Assembly (NCBI GenBank): GCA_951406725.2 | Contig: OX597823.1 | Coordinates: forward strand, 23,436,001-23,500,000 | Length of the DNA stretch: 64,000 nucleotides | Origin: Octopus vulgaris | Lineage: Eukaryota | Direction of reading: 5' to 3' | Part shown: in pieces, positions 25,684 through 40,317 of the stretch | How the letters are laid out: the number at the start of each line of letters is the position of its first letter | Numbering within the stretch: position 1 is the stretch's first letter | Position numbers and translations under genes: made by a program | Notes under the pieces: model-generated | Database searches by the model: none | What the model saw: only the letters and a program-made list of their open reading frames with translations | Told to the model about the DNA's origin: nothing

Positions 25684-27139
25684 GTAATTATTCTTTATAT
25701 TTTATTGTTGGAAATGTCTTCTTTTTTTCTCTAAAATTTGTGATCCCGTTCATGGTATGTAGACCACCACTTCTATAACTGAAAGGTTTATCTATAAGGA
25801 CAAACATAATCATTGGAGCACAACATGGTCTTTGGACCACTCAAATCCTGTCAAACCATCCAATCTGTGGCAACATGGAAAACAGATGTTAAATGATGTT
25901 GATGATGATATTAGGGCATTTTTATACAGCATGTATTCACCTTAAACACTTATTTGCATCTTTTCTACACAAAATATATTCCTATTCAGAATAGTTCCAT
26001 GCTGTTAAGAACAAAACAGATAATAAATTAACTTAATTTGTTCTCAAAGATTTTGTCACTTCCTATCAAAATCCTTCCTTCTTGAAACCCAGAAAAAGTT
26101 AGCTAGGTTTGTTGACTTCAGTATATGAATACTCATCAACACTTGGATGTCATTGCACACATGATAAATCTTTCTTGGTCAAAAAGGAATGTGAGCCATT
26201 TTCTGTATATCTATTAAGCTATTTAGTTAGGTCAAAATTGCAGACCTCATTGCAATAATAACCCTGAGCACTTTCAAGAAATTAATATACATTCACAGTT
26301 TAAGTTTATGACAACAATAACCTAATAAGTTCATGTAATATGAACAGCCATGCTATGAATAGGTTTATGAAGAACTTTAAAGGTATCTTCAAGAAGTTTG
26401 ATTTAAACATAATGGTTACTGGTTACTACCAATCTAATTCTACATTCATCTAATTGGATTTTATTTTATATTTGAAGTCAGGTATCAATTTATCCTCAAG
26501 TAAAGATATTTTTGACAGTATTTTTCACAAAATGTCACATCTTTCAAGAGAACCTACTATAAAAAGATCATACTTCATCTCCATATCTGAAGAGAGTTTG
26601 GAAGAGAAGAATGATTTGATTCAATCCTCATTTCAACTTAAATATCTCCATGAACTCAGTCAGGAACTATTTATCCTGCATTAGACACTATTTCTCATAA
26701 GTATCACAAGCTTACTAATGTGCATAGTGTTAAAGTTTGTTACTCCTGTGTAGATAACATTACTTTCAACATTGTATGCTGCAAGAGGATTTCTTTTTTA
26801 CCTATTTGCAACTGCCAAAATCAATCTACTCTGCTAGTAGAATTTTGCCTTTCTAAGAGAGTGGTGTGTAGAGCAACTCTCACTCCATCTGATAGTTTCC
26901 TATCAAATCAAATGGGTTCTGTAGACAACAACATCAATGAAATTTTCACTTAGCATATATATATATATATATATATATACTCCTTTGAATAAGTGTAATG
27001 GAAAAGTCCATATCCCTATCTTTCTTCTTTTTCTTTTTGGAGATTTTGGGAGCAGGGAAATGAATGTCTGTCCAGCATAATCTCAAACTTACTCAACTCA
27101 TACATACACATACACACCTGTGTGTGGGCATATGTCTTC

Positions 27140-27849
27140 ATCATTATCATCATTTAACATCCATTTTCCATGCTGGGTTGGATGGCTTGTCAAGAGCTGA
27201 CAAGGCCAGAAGCCACACCAAATTCCATAGACTTTTCCCTTCATAATGCCAACCAATTTAGATGGTGCTTTTTATGTGGCATCAGCACCAGTGATTTTTA
27301 TGTAGCACCAGCACCAATGTGTTTTATGTTGCACCTTGGTTTTAAGATATCAATTCTGTTGTGGTGGGCAGGTCTTCTTGATACAGCAATGCACTACATG
27401 TCTAGGTTCTTTGTCATTTCCTTCACAAGGCATAGAATTTTGAGATCATCTTTCAATATTTTGTCCCGTCTTCCTGTATCACCTCCTTTCACAACTCCCC
27501 TTCATTTTAAATGATAGCCCTTCTTTATGCAACTGTTCTCAACCATCCATATTGCAAGACCAAACCAGCAGTCTTCTCTCTTGAACACTACATCTAATTC
27601 CTCTTATGCCTAATTTTTCTCTCAGTATGCTAGAGCTCTGTTGCATATGCACACTGACATTACATATCCAGTGAAGCATACAAGCGTCATTCTTCTCCAG
27701 TCTTTGCATGTCCTCCACATTCAGAGCCCACATCTCACTGCCAAATAGCATTGCAGTTCACACACATGCATCATACAATCTTTCCTTCACTTAGAGAGAG
27801 AGACCTTTGGTTGTCAGGAGAATTGAAAACTCTATGAACTGACCTTTCT

Positions 27850-27850
<1 letters not shown>
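27140..27850 (-). mobile_element. RTE LINE 3' fragment
   Basis: ORF 27539-27751(-) MLFGSEMWALNVEDMQRLEKNDACMLHWICNVS; the 3' UTR repeat lies to its left. Confidence 0.75.
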
Positions 27851-27914
<64 letters not shown>

Positions 27915-27980
27915 AATATATCGCACAAGTGGAATTATATACGAAAGAAGGTTTGAAAATGCAATTTAAAAGATGTTTAT

Positions 27981-28024
27981 TTACTTTACCGGTTTCACTC
28001 TTTGGAAAAAATTATCAAAAGTAA
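27981..28024 (-). ncRNA. Minimal hammerhead ribozyme motif (left arm of fold-back)
   Basis: Minus strand: TTACTT TTGATAA TTTTTT CC AAAGAGT GAAA CCGG TA AAGTAA. Confidence 0.6.
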
Positions 28025-30524
28025 CATGTGGAAGTTTGGTTGCGTTAATTATTGGTTGTTGCAAATTGCTACATTACATAAATATATACAGTCTTTGGAA
28101 ACAGGGACATGTTAAGGACATAAAAAAGTACAACAGTATGTTGAGAATATAAAGAGGTTTAACAAGCTCATTGAAAAAATGGGCAGAAAAGATTAAAACA
28201 AATATATTATACATCTCAGGGTAATTTCCAGGAGAAATTATTAAAAAGTTCAGTACAGAATATTATGAATTCAAAAAGATTTACATTAATGTAGTGGCGA
28301 GGTTGTTACTGACCTGTCCGTTTTAGCAGTAATGTGGAATTGAAAAGGATGTACCCGTTTTTTTTTTCTTTTTTGGCTTTCCTTCAAGCATCAATGATTT
28401 TGGGGTTAGGATGAGGTGAATATGTGTGTCTCTGCATGTATGTGTGTGTGCATATATATACATGTGGTGTGAATAGATGTGTCTGTGTGTCTGTAGTATT
28501 TGGTCAGATGGTGTCTGTTTGTCAAACGTGTGTGTGGTTGTCATGGTGTTGTGTGTGTGCATGTGTGTGCGCGTGTACGCATGTATGTGTGTGGATGGCA
28601 TTTGACATGGTGCTGCGTGTGTATATATGTGTACCTGTATGGAGGTGAGATTGGTGTGAGTGTGTGTGTCCCTGTGTGCGTGCACATACACGTATACAAG
28701 TGTCTGTGTGTGTGGGCTGTTTTTGATTGGTTCCAGGGTGGTGTAAATAGATGTGTGTTGTTTAAAGAATTTTTTGGGGTAGGATGGTGTGTGTATATGC
28801 ATGCCCGCCCGTGCACGCGCGTGTTCGTGCGCGTGCGTGTCTTTGTGTGTGTGCGGGCCATACACACACACTACATATACATATATACACACACACACAC
28901 ATCATACACATACATACCACACACACACACACACACATACACACACACACACACACACACAACACACATACACACATAATCTACACACACACAACACACA
29001 CACACACAGCACACATACATACAGAACACACACACATGTGTATGTGTATGTTATATGTATATATATGTTATATGTATGTGTATATGTATATGTATACATT
29101 GTATGTATGTATATTGTGTGTATATGTGGTATATTTATGTATGTGTATGTAAACATTATATATATATATATATGTATATATGTATATGCATTGTCTATGT
29201 ATATATATTATATGTATGTATTGCGTATGTATGTTATATGTATATATTGTGTATGTGTATTATATATATGCTGTGTATGTGTACTGTATGTATATATGTG
29301 TTAGGTGTATATGTGTTGTATTTATATTATGTATGTATGTGTGCGTGTGTTGTGTGTGTGTGTGTTATGTGTGTGTGTGTTGTGTGTGTGTTGTATGTGT
29401 GTATATTATATATAAATATATGTTATATTTGTGTGTTGTGTGTGTGTATTATATGTATGTGCATTGTGTGTGTGTGTTCTGTATGTATGTGTGTTGTGTG
29501 TGTGTGTGTTGTGTGTGTGTAGATTATGTGTGTTGTGTGTGTGTAGATTATGTGTGTATGTGTGTTGTGTGTGTGTATGTGTGTGGTGTATCTGTGTGTG
29601 TGTGTGTGGGGTGTGTGTGTGTGAGATGTGTGTGTGTGTGTGGTATGTATGTGTATGATGTGTGTGTGTGTGTGTGTATATATGTATATGTAGTGTGTGT
29701 GTATGTCCCACACACACGCGTAGACGCGCACGCATGGGCGGGCACGCATATACACACACCATCCTACCCCCCAAAAATTCTTTAAACAACACACATCTAT
29801 TTACACCACCCTGGAACCAATCAATAACAGCCCCCACACACACAGACACTTGTATACGTGTATGTGCACGCACACAGGGACACACACACTCACCAATCTC
29901 ACCTCCATACAGGCACACATATATATATACACACGCAGCACCATGTCAAATGCCATCCACACACATACATGCGTACATGCGCACACACACGCACACACAC
30001 AACACCATGATAACCACACACACGTTTGAGAAACAGACACCATCTGACCAAATACTACAGACACACAGACACATCTATTCACACCACATGTATATATATG
30101 CACACACACATACACGCAGAGACACACATATTCACCTCATCCTAACCCCAAAATCATTGATGCTTGAAGGAAAGCCAAAAAAAGAAAAAAACGGGTACAT
30201 CCTTTTCAATTCCACATTACTGCTAAAACGGACAGGTCAGTAACAACCTCGCCACTACATTAATGTAAATCTTTTTGAATTCATAATATTCTGTACTGAA
30301 CTTTTTAATAATTTCTCCTGGAAATTACCCTGAGATGTATAATATATTTGTTTTAATCTTTTCTGCCCATTTTTTCAATGAGCTTGTTAAACCTCTTTAT
30401 ATTCTCAACATACTGTTGTACTTTTTTATGTCCTTAACATGTCCCTGTTTCCAAAGACTGTATATATTTATGTAATGTAGCAATTTGCAACAACCAATAA
30501 TTAACGCAACCAAACTTCCACATG

Positions 30525-30569
30525 TTACTTTTGATAATTTTTTTCCAAAGAGTGAAACCGGTAAAGTAA
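30525..30569 (+). ncRNA. Minimal hammerhead ribozyme motif (right arm of fold-back)
   Basis: TTACTT/AAGTAA 6-bp stem I, core TTGATAA (U3/A8), weak stem II, GAAA, palindromic ACCGGT stem III, GUA triplet ending at 30563. Confidence 0.6.
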
Positions 30570-30647
30570 ATAAACATCTTTTAAATTGCATTTTCAAATC
30601 TTCTTTCGTATATAATTCCACTTGTGCGATGCCCCACAACTCAACTT

Positions 30648-30750
<103 letters not shown>

Positions 30751-30777
30751 CACACACACACACATATATATATATAT

Positions 30778-30983
30778 GTGGTTAGGGCAGCGGACTTGCG
30801 GTCGGAGGATCGCGGGTTTCGATTCCCAGACCGGGCGTTGTGTGTGTTTATTGAGCGAAAACACCTAAAAGCTCCACGAGGCTCCGGCAGGGGATGGTGG
30901 TGATCCCTGCTGTACTCTTTCACCACTCTAAAGGCGGTGCTCCAGCATGGCCGCAGTCAAATGACTGAAACAAGTACAAAAAA

Positions 30984-31000
<17 letters not shown>
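30778..31000 (+). mobile_element. CpG-rich tRNA-derived SINE, apparently chimeric
   Basis: gtggttagggcagcggact..gggtttcgattccc head (related to ~16240-16365 on -) joined to the aaaggcggtgctccagcatggccgcagtc tail of the other SINE family; poly-A tail. Confidence 0.7.
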
Positions 31001-31018
<18 letters not shown>

Positions 31019-34000
31019 TGGTTATAATATTTTATAAGCTTAAAGCTTATAAGTGATCACTGTGTAATGGTGTAATGACTAAAGAAAATGGTCTAATACT
31101 GGGGCATATAAGCCCTCAATGGTTAAAAGTAGTGTTTTCATATGCTTGAACTCAAACCCACAGCTCTTTGTTTTCGCGACAAGTATGTTACCATTACACC
31201 AACTGTTCTTATCCATCCATATTGCAAGATATGGCTTCTTTCAGTCAGATTTAGGAACTATAATCAATTCAAAGTGTTGTTTTTGTAAATAAATGTATAT
31301 TTTCTGCAATGGTTTTTGGTGAGCAGAATCAATTTTTATAATTCTGTAAATGATAATAATAATATTTCATAAACTTAAAGTTTACCAGTGATCACCGCGT
31401 AATGACTAAAGAAAATAATCTAATATTGGGGCATATAAGCCCTGGATGGAAAAAAGTAGGGTTTCCATATGCATAAGACTTGAGCCCACAGCTCTTTGTT
31501 TTTGATAAGTGTTGGTCGGTAGATAGTGAAGATCAAAATTATAGATGTGTCACTAGAATTAAACATCTAGTGATTGCTTGTGTGTATAGTCAATAAAGGC
31601 CTAGACACACTTCTGGATATTAATAAATATCCCAAGGAAAATTGGTCTAAGAGTGAGCTGGAGATTTTGATCGAGGTAAAACGGTAATCTTTGGACAAGA
31701 TCCTCTATCTCATAGAGCTACTGGATTAAGCACAATTCCAAGTTGTGGTGGAAAGCAGGAAACCAAGATGTCAAACTTGCACATTTGAAAGCTCTCTGCT
31801 TACAACAGCAACAAACGCCAGTCCCTGCAGCAACAACAGCCTATGAAGTAACAACTTAATGGAATTTAATCGTAGCACACTACCACTCCTTCAGAAGTAC
31901 AATACAAATATACCTCTTGCTCCAGACAGTGGATTTAGAAATCTTATTAAATGATGAGGAGGATTTGAATCTGTCACAAAAAACTTGTGTGGAGGGAAAA
32001 AGAAAAAGCAGTTCTGAAAAAAAGTCAAAAGAAAAGATGAAAAGCATTCACTATTTACACTAACAATAACCTTGACACGTTCACCAAAATCCCAACAACA
32101 GCAAAAGCAACACACACATTTAACCACAATCACTGTTATAAAAAATACCCCACCAAAACAGAAACAAATACACAAAAACAACAATATATATGACTGAGTA
32201 CAGAACCTGAATCCCTCATCAGCTTCACAATTATTTGAAAGAACAGCAGTGAAATGATGCAAGATATAACCAGCAATGCAAACATTCTTACAAAAGGCGA
32301 TTGCTTTGACGAACTGCTATCAAAAGCTCCCCATGGCAAACAATGAATAAAAGCAGACACAAACACACATTTAGAACTTTAAAAAAATATCCAGCAGACA
32401 TTGGGTCCTTTAGAATAAAGCCATACAAAAGGACTTTTCAATAATTTTGTTCCCACCAAGGCAGTTGAATCAGCTGGCCTCCTCAAAGCCTAAGGCAAAT
32501 GAGTTCTCTTTTTTGTTTCTCCTATAAATATGGCTGTTCTTTGAGGTGAAGTATGAAGGCTGCATAGTCAGAGTCCCAAAGAACTAAAGTTGAAGTGGAG
32601 ACTCATTGAGAAAAGAAAACTATAATCAGATTTGACAAACTAGTTAAATTGCTCTATTTGGTTCAGTCTCAACTTCAAGGTAGATAAGAACAGGGATGAG
32701 GTGACATACAGGGTAGCTAGCCTTAGAAATGGGCAGAGAAGAAACTGTCCCTGAAAGGTTGGGCTGAGGTGGTGAATGCCTTCATTGCCACCATCATCAT
32801 TTATAGCCTGATTGTCATACTCTGTCCTAGTTACTGCTTGAACTGGTTAGAGTGTCTCTTATTTTCTTGTGGAAGGGATGTATTTCAATGGTGAGGTGGT
32901 CAGTTTGCTACCTACACCCTTTGCATGACCAGTTAGGCATGCTATGGCTGCTGCTGAGCAACCAGACATGCACTGAGATTGTGTGAAAATGCAATGATTT
33001 CTGGACGATGAACATGTGTGGGCTTTGTTTGTGAGGCCCATCTTTCTGCAGCCCTTCTTGATGGAGCTGCAGTCCTGGATGAAGGAAAGGCTGAAAACTG
33101 GGCACCTAGCTCCTAGAGTATCATCAAAAACTCATAACTCTCTACCAGTCAGACGATGGGATTAGCGTATGTTCTTCTTTAGCAATATATAGAAAATTAA
33201 TGGTGATGAAGTTGACAATGTTCTCAGGGAGACTCTGGGCATCTATGAAAATGAATTGGCTAGTGTATTCCAGAAGACTTTCTGATCAGAAATTACCATG
33301 GATAATTCCCAGATGTTCTTGGCTTAGCTGTGCTACTGGTTTGAGATAAACTCTACAGGCATGGATGTTCTGTTAGATAGATTTGTCTAAGATGAGTGTG
33401 AGTTGATGAACTCATTCGGTGTCCAAAACTTGTTAGTTTGTGGAGTTAGTTGAATAGCTGTTGTTGCATGTGAGAGGGATCCATCAATCAACCAAGTCCA
33501 TAGTGATGATTGCCCTGTCACCTTCCTTTAATTGGGTAGGTAAGGCAGATTTCCTGAGCCTGATGGCTGTGGTGAAAGAAGTTGTCTAGTGGTTGAGGTT
33601 GAGCAGCATGAGGACAGAGACATTTCTCTTTGGTAGAATTCTCATTGAAGGGGAAAATATAGTTGGAAACGGAGGTACTGTCCTCAAGTAAATTTATTGA
33701 AAGGTGGATGATAGTTGCAAAAATGGTAAGAGTGGATGGCACTGCTCTAAGTTGGTGAACCAGAATTGGAGAGGGTACTTGCCCTTAGTGTTCAGGGAGA
33801 TCTTGGTTGTAAGTTGCATGATTGTCTCTTGATTTCCTCCACTGTCAGGAGGATCAGATCATCTTCATCCCTATAACTGATGTATACTATGTATCCTTTC
33901 TTTCTTTGTTTAATGGTAAACCACATATACTGTCTTTATTTTATATATATATATATCATTTTATTGTATGTAAATCCACACATTTCTTGTCTGTCATTGC

Positions 34001-35012
34001 ATTGCCCCCTCCCTCATTTGTTTCCCTGGTGACAAATGAAAGAAATCATTATCATATTTTGTTGTTAAGGTGGTGAGCTAGCAGAATTGTTTACAACCTG
34101 GACAAAATGCTTAGTAGCATTTCGTCTAACTTTATGTTCTGAGTTCAAATGCTGCCAAAATTGACTTTGCCTTTCATCTTTTTGGGGTTGATAAGATAAG
34201 TACCAGCTGAGTACTGGGTAATAGTATTGAGTACTCAGTACTAGATACAGTAATTACTGGGTCCTAGTAACTGAGTATTAAGTACCATTTAAGCACTAGG
34301 GTCAATGGTATCAATTCACCCCTCACCCAAAATTACTGGCCTTGTGCATATAGTAGAAAGAATTATTATTTCATAAATATTTTTAAAATATTGGATAAAT
34401 ACCTAGAAGTAACATGTAATTAAAATTTTAAATAAAATATCAAAAAGCTGTCTAGTGCATTATTTTTTTAATGAATAATTTATTATAAAGACACAAAATT
34501 CTTTTTCAGTTTATGACACCCTCTTCTGAATTCTAGTACTTCGTGAGATATACTTGTAACCGTGCCCCACTGTTTCAGTTATAGAAAACATATACATACA
34601 TTCTGCTTTTGATAATGTGCTTTGATCTAAGATTGAATGACCATAATTCAACTTAATTTGTTGGTTGCCCACCAGTTTAAGGGAGTTTTCACCCTACAAA
34701 AAGCACAACATCGGAGGAAGGATGTACAAATGGATTTCTGCAATCTAAATATTACAACAATATTTTAAGTAAATCTCAATATGTATTACATCTCACATGA
34801 ATTCTGATTAGGGTGTCATTTTTAGGTCAAATATTTTCAAATAATAAATTGTCAATTTAGAATATTATACACTATATTATTTGCTCTATTTAATATCTGC
34901 ATGAGATGCCTGTGTCTGTGCATGTGTGTATGCATATGTATGCATGTCAGTGTGTCTGTTTGTGTGTGTTTCTGAGAGTATAAAATGAATTTGTTTTCAT
35001 TTTTTTTTCCAG

Positions 35013-35246
35013 CCACTGATGAGTTTATTACAGTTAAAAGTGTTGGTGCACCAAAGAAGGATCATTTTGGATGGCTTAGGAATGTGAAATCAAAGGAGTG
35101 TAATGAGGCTTGCTATCAACATCCACTGTGTAATTCTTATCAGTACAATGAGAAACTTAAACATTGTGGTCTGAGTAATGGTACACAATTCACTCATGTA
35201 CTTAAACCCAGCAATGAAGGTTGGGATACATACATAGTTAATCCAG
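35013..35246 (+). CDS. Exon B2: PAN/Apple domain, type b
   Basis: ttttttccag|CC..CCAG|gtcagt; 234 nt, phase 1-1; TDEFITVKSVGAPKKDHFGWLRNVKSKECNEACYQHPLCNSYQYNEKLKHCGLSNGTQFTHVLKPSNEGWDTYIVNP. Confidence 0.9.
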
Positions 35247-36009
35247 GTCAGTAGCATGTTTTCATTTTATTGTGTGTGTCTGTGCATATTTACATATACA
35301 TATGTGTGAGAACATATATTGGAAAGACTTAGCCGTGCTTATACATATTACTGTAACTCAGATGCATGCTGTATTGAGAGTAAAATATATATTGCTTGCA
35401 TGTGTGTTCGTACACACACAAGCACACGTGTGCACACATACACAGGCACAGGTGTGGCTGTGTGGTGAAAAAGTTTGCTTGCTAACCATGTGGTCTTGGA
35501 TTCAATCCCACAGCATGGCATCTTAGGTAGGTTTCTTACACTATTATACTGGGGTAGAGGCTGTGTATGGATATGTTTGAATCTATTTTAGAGAGTGATG
35601 TTCGATGTGTTGTTGTCAAAGCCTTAGCACTGTGGGGATTGAAGAGTTTATAATATCTATGAGTTCTAAGGAAATGTTTGTTAAAGAAACTCCTAGATTC
35701 ACTACTAGACAAAACTTTAAAACCAGTGGAAAAACTGCTGAAATGAACTCCTTGCAGACTGATACATTCAGCTATTTTTCATTATAGATTCGTTATTGGC
35801 AAATGCATAAAGATATATGAAAACCTAAAGAAATGTTTAACATTTAATGCAGAAAATATCTATTGTATAAAAACTAACAAAATTTTGCCTGGTCAAAAAC
35901 TTAAGACCATGAGAAAAAAAAAGTTTAAATCTGGTTTAAATCATAAAAATTCTGGTATTTATGTTCAAGTTTTTGTTGTGTCAACAACTGACAGTTACTC
36001 CCTATCTAT

Positions 36010-36160
36010 CTCACAACAACCTCAATGGGCAAATCTAAAATATGGATGTGGTAGAATTGTAGAGCTCAAGAAGCAATGTTTTTCTCAACATGTCATCTCC
36101 AGAGAAATTGGTCGCAATAAAACTGCCATTGCAAACTCCTTAAAAGACCCTGAAAATCAA
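36010..36160 (+). mobile_element. Tc1/Tc3-like transposase N-terminal fragment
   Basis: GRIVELKKQCFSQHVISREIGRNKTAIANSLKDPE in ORF 35885-36247 (helix-turn-helix-like). Confidence 0.65.
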
Positions 36161-36821
36161 AATGACTTAAATCTCTTGAAAAGTTTTTCAGAATGCCTAA
36201 ATAAATGCTTTGGCTGTATACAGCTTTTTTTAATGCAAGCATTATAGGGTAATCTGTATAGAGGAAGTTGTTTTGAGTGTCAGTGTTGACTATTTCCAGT
36301 TTAGTATTGAATGTAGAATTCTTATGAATTATTGTTCTTTAGCCTTTTGTAGTTGATCATTTTCTTCATTCATTTTGAGAAATAGGAATATTCTGAATTT
36401 TCCTGTTGAACAGATGTCTAGATGTTCATTATATGGAACATTTCTAAGAATTGGGTCTTTAATTCATTGTTCATGTACCCTAATCCATTGTATACATCTT
36501 GGTCTTGTTTGCTCTATATAATTCTCATTGCTTTTGAGCATGTGATGCAGCAAATGAGATTTTTTTCTTTTACATTTCATATTTGCATAAATCTTCAGTT
36601 CCTGCTGCTCAAAAGTAATCTTAGAACAGACATTAATTTTTTCTACCTCAATGAATGTCATTACAAATGTATGCATGCATGTATGTATTTATATCTGTGT
36701 GCAATTTTTTCAATTTGTTTCATGAAATAACATTTATTGTAACATTCGCATTATCTCTATGTTCTCATCTTACTCCTAATATACATCCATCATTGTTGTA
36801 AATTTTTGTTGTTAATTCCAG

Positions 36822-36992
36822 TTTTTGAACTGATTGATTGTGGATCTCCTAAAGATGTTTTTGGTGCATCAAAGTCCTACAAGTTCACTACATACAAATC
36901 TGAAGTGACATATACTTGCACAAGTGGAGAAAAATTGAAGTCGGTATGTGAAAAAGACAATAAATGGTCTTGGGTAGAGCCTATTTGTAAAG
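36822..36992 (+). CDS. Exon S4: Sushi/CCP-like domain
   Basis: ttccag|TT..AAAG|gtaaaa; 171 nt, phase 1-1; FELIDCGSPKDVFGASKSYKFTTYKSEVTYTCTSGEKLKSVCEKDNKWSWVEPICK. Confidence 0.9.
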
Positions 36993-37119
36993 GTAAAATA
37001 ACTAGTTTTTCCCTTGTTGCTTCTCTATAGGTTAATTGTTTTTCATTTGTTTTATGAAATATTTTTGTCAGAAGAAGAATTACTGACTCCATGACAGTTT
37101 CCACTGCATCTATAGCTAG

Positions 37120-37156
<37 letters not shown>

Positions 37157-37969
37157 GTTATCTGCAGACGAGAGATCTCTCCAAATATTTACAACAGAGT
37201 GAACACCATTAATTCTATCCAGAGGTTAGGTGATAGTATTAAGTTGCATGATGGATTAGGTCCGAAAACTAACAAATGGAAATGTGGAAGCTTGTTCCCT
37301 TTGACTTAGTCTCCATACACCAGATTCCACCCTCAGTTGTGTGAAGCAAATTTTAACTTATGCCAAAACTCTATACAGTACCTCATTGTTGTGAAGTGAA
37401 CTTATTAAGCCCAAGCTATATCTGGTTCATCAATTTTTCTCTTTATTTCTGATTTAAGCTGTCCCACCCATACTTTGTGTCATCATCCAACTCTCTGTAC
37501 AGTGTAATGTTCTGAATCCTTCATTACTAGATTTTGGTCATCTTCTAAAACAATCTTCTGATACTCTTGTGATCTTCTAATCCATCACCCTTTATTATAA
37601 TAATATTAATCATAATAATGGTCTTTGATTTAAGCACAGAACAAACAAATTTTGATGGGAGTGGTTTTGTAGATACCATCAACTAGTAACAAGTAACTTT
37701 CAATAACTTTGAGAGTGAAACATGAAGCTGATGTTTAACTGAGAAATGTAAAGAGCCTGAATAAATGGTGTAAAGCATTTCTTTGAATGTTTGTAATGAT
37801 GCTTCCACTCAGCCACTTTTAGTCATGAAAAAAAGTAATAATAATGATTTCTTTTATTTGTCTGTAAGACATGATATTGGGCAAATGATACAAAGATAGG
37901 CATAAAGTATGGTGATTTACAGAAAGAAATGAGTAAAAGAAAACTATCAGTGCACACATGTACATTTAA

Positions 37970-39130
37970 AAGAAAGATCAGGATGATGATGCAGTCCTCC
38001 TGAATATAGAAGGATCAACTGAAGAACTCCACCATCAAAGATTACCCAGAACTCCAGATCATATGTCCTCTTCCATCATTGTTCTTATAAATGCATGCAC
38101 AGTAGGCCCCATCCACTCTTACCATCTTTGAAACTTTCACCCAGCTTTCAATAACTTCACTTGAGGACAGTACATCTCTCTCTCTCTCTTTCTCTCAATC
38201 TTTATTTTCTTTACAAGTGATAAAGGGTGAACCAAAGAGGAAAGTCTCTGTCATCAGACCTTTCAGCCTCATCCACCAAACGACCACTTTTGAAAAAGCT
38301 ACCAGATAGATGAAAACTGCATTCTCTTCCCTATTAAAGGAAGATATAGGACATTTATCTTGAAAGACTTGATTGACAATCAGATCCTTTCCATACACAA
38401 CAGCAGCTCTTTGACATAACTCATGAACAATGAATAAGTTGCATTGAAAAAGAATTTTGTGTACTGTGTTCAACTCAGACATGATAAAAGAGATTGTATT
38501 GGACTCGTAGAGTTCTTTGGTAGCACTGACAAGCCAAAGACTTCAGGGAGTTGTCCATAATATTCCCTTATCAAAAGGTCCTTTGAAACAAACTTGCTTG
38601 TTCATTTCCATGAATTCCCAAAGGGCTTTTCTGAGAATGTCAGTGCTTTTTCCCTTCACTAACCTTCAACAGGTTCTTTGATTGGGACAGTCACCAGTTC
38701 CATTACCCATTTCGGGTTTGATCCAGCATACGTTATATGTAATCCTTAGGCTTACTTTAGATAAAATGGTCTTCCCTTTTTTAAGAATGTGGTAAGGCAA
38801 TTGAAGACGATTTTGTTAATATTTCTGATATGTTGAGTGAATTCATAGGGGCTTCCACAGTGGCTGATCCACTGAATTTTGAACATATTGCAAACAGATC
38901 TGACATAGCTTATAATTTGTTGCCTTGTTCAACATCACCACCTGGCCTTTAGATGGTCATGGCAATGGTGGTGGATAGTATTTGGCCAATGTTAAAATAC
39001 TAATTACAATAACAAATACTCACATTGACCCACAGTTGTTCAGGATGGGCATGAATGACATGAATCTTGCATGTGTAGGAGGGAAAATGGCCTGAGAATT
39101 TCATGGTACTGATATTTCTTTCATGACCAG
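37970..39130 (-). mobile_element. Decayed L1/Tx1-like LINE 3' region, also present at ~53510-54530
   Basis: Colinear similarity between the two Sushi-to-PANa introns (e.g. ggtcatggcaatggtggtgga, gagaatttcatgg); family assignment is tentative. Confidence 0.45.
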
Positions 39131-40077
39131 CTTATTAATAAAAACAAAAAATCCTACTTCATTAAAATAAATTATGCATTCATTGTTTAGGTGCAAGGAC
39201 AAACACTATGAGAGAGCAATGAGAACTGTGTGATGTTCATGTCTTTCTCAGGGACACTGTTTATATCAAGTGCATCTCACTAAAAGTATAATTTTGATGA
39301 ATTAACATTTATTAGCTTGTTACATTAAGTTTTGTGTATCCATATTTACTACATATTTTTATTAATTCACTACCTGATGATGACAATTAAATTATTTTAG
39401 TTTTCCAAGGCAAAACAGTAAGGTAAGGGGTTTTGCTATGTCTTGATATATTTAGTGACATCCCTCTACATTCTGGGTTTAAATCCCAACAGAGTGTACT
39501 TCACCTTTCATATTTCTGAGATAGATCAAGCAAACACTTGTAAAGTCTGAGGTTAATTTATTCATATGCATTCTCATTGTTGAATGTGTGGCCTTGTGCT
39601 TAAACCATTGTTATAAATATGGTTAACTTCATCAATAATACATCCTTATCGACAAGAACTGAAAGGTGTTTTTGAATGAAAATAATGCAGAATATACAAT
39701 CTATAAAGGAACTCTAATTTTTATGGCTCTATATGAACTTACAATTATCTAAAAAATTTTGTAATTTCTGTAAAATTTCCATAGGTATTGCTAGTTATAA
39801 TTATAGTTAAATATTATTATAATTGTTAAGGGTGATGGATTGACAGAATCATTCAAACATCAGAAATAATACGTTGTAGTATTTGTTCTGGCTCTTTAAC
39901 TTCCAGGTTCAAATCTTGCTTGTGACAACTTTCTTTTTCCAGGGCAATAAAATACCAGATAAATGTAGTATCCAACTTAACTGAAAGTCATATCTCAAAT
40001 TTTGCTCTCCTGTCTATGTTAAAAATTATCATTATTGTTGTTATTTTTAATTGCTCTAAATTTTACTTCAACTCTAG

Positions 40078-40317
40078 GAACTGGGACCCATTTTGTGAAA
40101 GTAAAAAATGCAGTTCTGGATGTGGATGGGAAAACACCATTGCATATTAAAGATATAACAGCAGAAGCCTGTGAACAGAAATGTTGGTCTGACAAAAAAT
40201 GTTTGTCATTTGAAATAAGTGAAAGAAAGGAAATGTGTTACTTATCAAAAGCGTCAGCAGCTTCCTCCAATAAAATAATCAAAGTCATTGGCAAAGATTA
40301 CTACCAACGAGTAAAAC
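40078..40317 (+). CDS. Exon A3: PAN/Apple domain, type a
   Basis: ctctag|GA..AAAC|gtaatt; 240 nt, phase 1-1; TGTHFVKVKNAVLDVDGKTPLHIKDITAEACEQKCWSDKKCLSFEISERKEMCYLSKASAASSNKIIKVIGKDYYQRVK. Confidence 0.9.

Noticed and set aside
28323-30243. Many long overlapping ORFs rich in C/V/Y/H/T
   Set aside because: Translations of (CA)/(TG)/(TA) microsatellite sequence inside the fold-back element; no coding signal.
30778-30835. tRNA gene
   Set aside because: Incomplete cloverleaf continuing into a SINE body; treated as a SINE head.
34200-34295. Cluster of short AGTACT-type palindromic repeats (CRISPR-like at a glance)
   Set aside because: Local slippage inside a SINE; no constant repeat-spacer period, and the context is eukaryotic.
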